A stretch of DNA of 64,000 bases from a virus. Below, in pieces: positions 63,651 through 64,000 of the stretch (the first letter of the stretch is position 1; every line of letters begins with the position of its first letter). The stretch covers positions 31,950 to 95,949 of the IMG/VR virus record IMGVR_UViG_3300038412_000061. The stretch is one strand, 5' to 3'. The notes below the pieces were generated by a model. It did no database searches and had not been told where the DNA came from. It saw only the letters and a list, made by a program, of their open reading frames with translations. The position numbers were made by a program, and so were the translations under genes.

Positions 63651-63768
63651 GGGAATAGGCAGGAATCACGGAGGAGTAATTAACCATCCGGGTGAGATGT
63701 GCACTATCACCCTAATTCGTCTCGGGCCACCGGAGCGATGAGTGATGCCTAAACAGGTGGCATTTATC

Positions 63769-63823
63769 AAATCACCTGCCCCGACACACATCGCGTGCGC
63801 GCGATCCGGGGAAATGTTAGACT
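63769..63823 (+). promoter_or_regulatory. element 23
   Basis: AAATC; ATCGCGTGCGCGCGAT; TGT-TAGACT. Confidence 0.85.
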
Positions 63824-63867
63824 GGTGACATGAAGGACAAGACATACCAAGCGTGGGAGGAACTACA

Positions 63868-63987
63868 ATGGACGAGCAGGAACTCATCGAAGCCCAGGAC
63901 GAGAACCGGAGCAAGACTGCTGAGGAACTGGAAGAGGAGTCGCGTCGATTTCTGACGGACCACTTCGTCTTCCTTCAGGTCGGTTGA
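63868..63987 (+). CDS. small acidic protein (39 aa)
   Basis: GGAGG RBS; MDEQELIEAQDE. Confidence 0.45.
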   Translation: MDEQELIEAQDENRSKTAEELEEESRRFLTDHFVFLQVG

Positions 63988-64000
63988 GCCGGTGGGGGTG

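Larger units (their letters stand above)
51335..63823 (+). repeat. dispersed family of 23 promoter elements RAATC-N15-17-ATCGCGnnnnCGCGAT-N12-TAnnnT
   Basis: Starts at 51335, 52182, 53819, 54991, 56446, 56927, 57769, 58236, 59621, 59665, 59907, 60127, 60332, 60804, 61275, 61804, 62097, 62492, 62725, 63020, 63270, 63596, 63769. Confidence 0.95.

Noticed and set aside
51335-63773. GAATC as a CcrM-type GANTC methylation signal
   Set aside because: Three copies read AAATC, orientation is fixed, and no methylase is seen; not supportable
51335-63823. Repeats as a CRISPR array
   Set aside because: Intervals range from 44 to ~1600 nt and contain genes; repeats are degenerate with -10 boxes; no cas genes
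51335-63823. Repeats as classical integron attC sites
   Set aside because: No RYYYAAC/GTTRRRY ends and no integrase in the window; only the architecture is analogous

Overview
Part of a dsDNA tailed-phage genome with a contractile tail. The host is probably an actinobacterium, inferred from two WhiB genes, an Rpf domain, an actinobacterial-type SSB and leaderless promoters. 1-23.9 kb (+): tail sheath end, tube, frameshifted chaperone, tape measure, baseplate, fibres, a lysis cassette with two extra papain-like peptidases, and a 1551-aa modular virion protein. 23.9-39.5 kb: DNA and nucleotide metabolism (metallophosphoesterase, WhiB, HNH, Tad1-like sponge, SSB, ERF, YqaJ, MazG, LexA-like DNA-binding domain, RecA, SNF2/HARP helicase, initiator with iterons, DnaB-like helicase, HslV-like protein, WhiB, HGGxSTG protein). 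40-51 kb: accessory genes under canonical TTGACA-type promoters (CCA-adding enzyme, secreted Rpf, GroES, RNA ligase). The most striking part is 51.3-64 kb, with 23 copies of a ~55-bp element: (G/A)AATC, a 15-17 nt spacer that often forms a hairpin, the 16-bp palindrome ATCGCG-N4-CGCGAT, exactly 12 nt, then a TAnnnT -10. These elements cut the region into cassettes of small, mostly very acidic genes, including ArdA-like ones. The same region holds a tRNA-Ile(UAU) with an extra hairpin in its D-loop, a divergent candidate sRNA showing an anti-Shine-Dalgarno loop, and an H-type pseudoknot. All calls come from manual motif reading; no searches were run.
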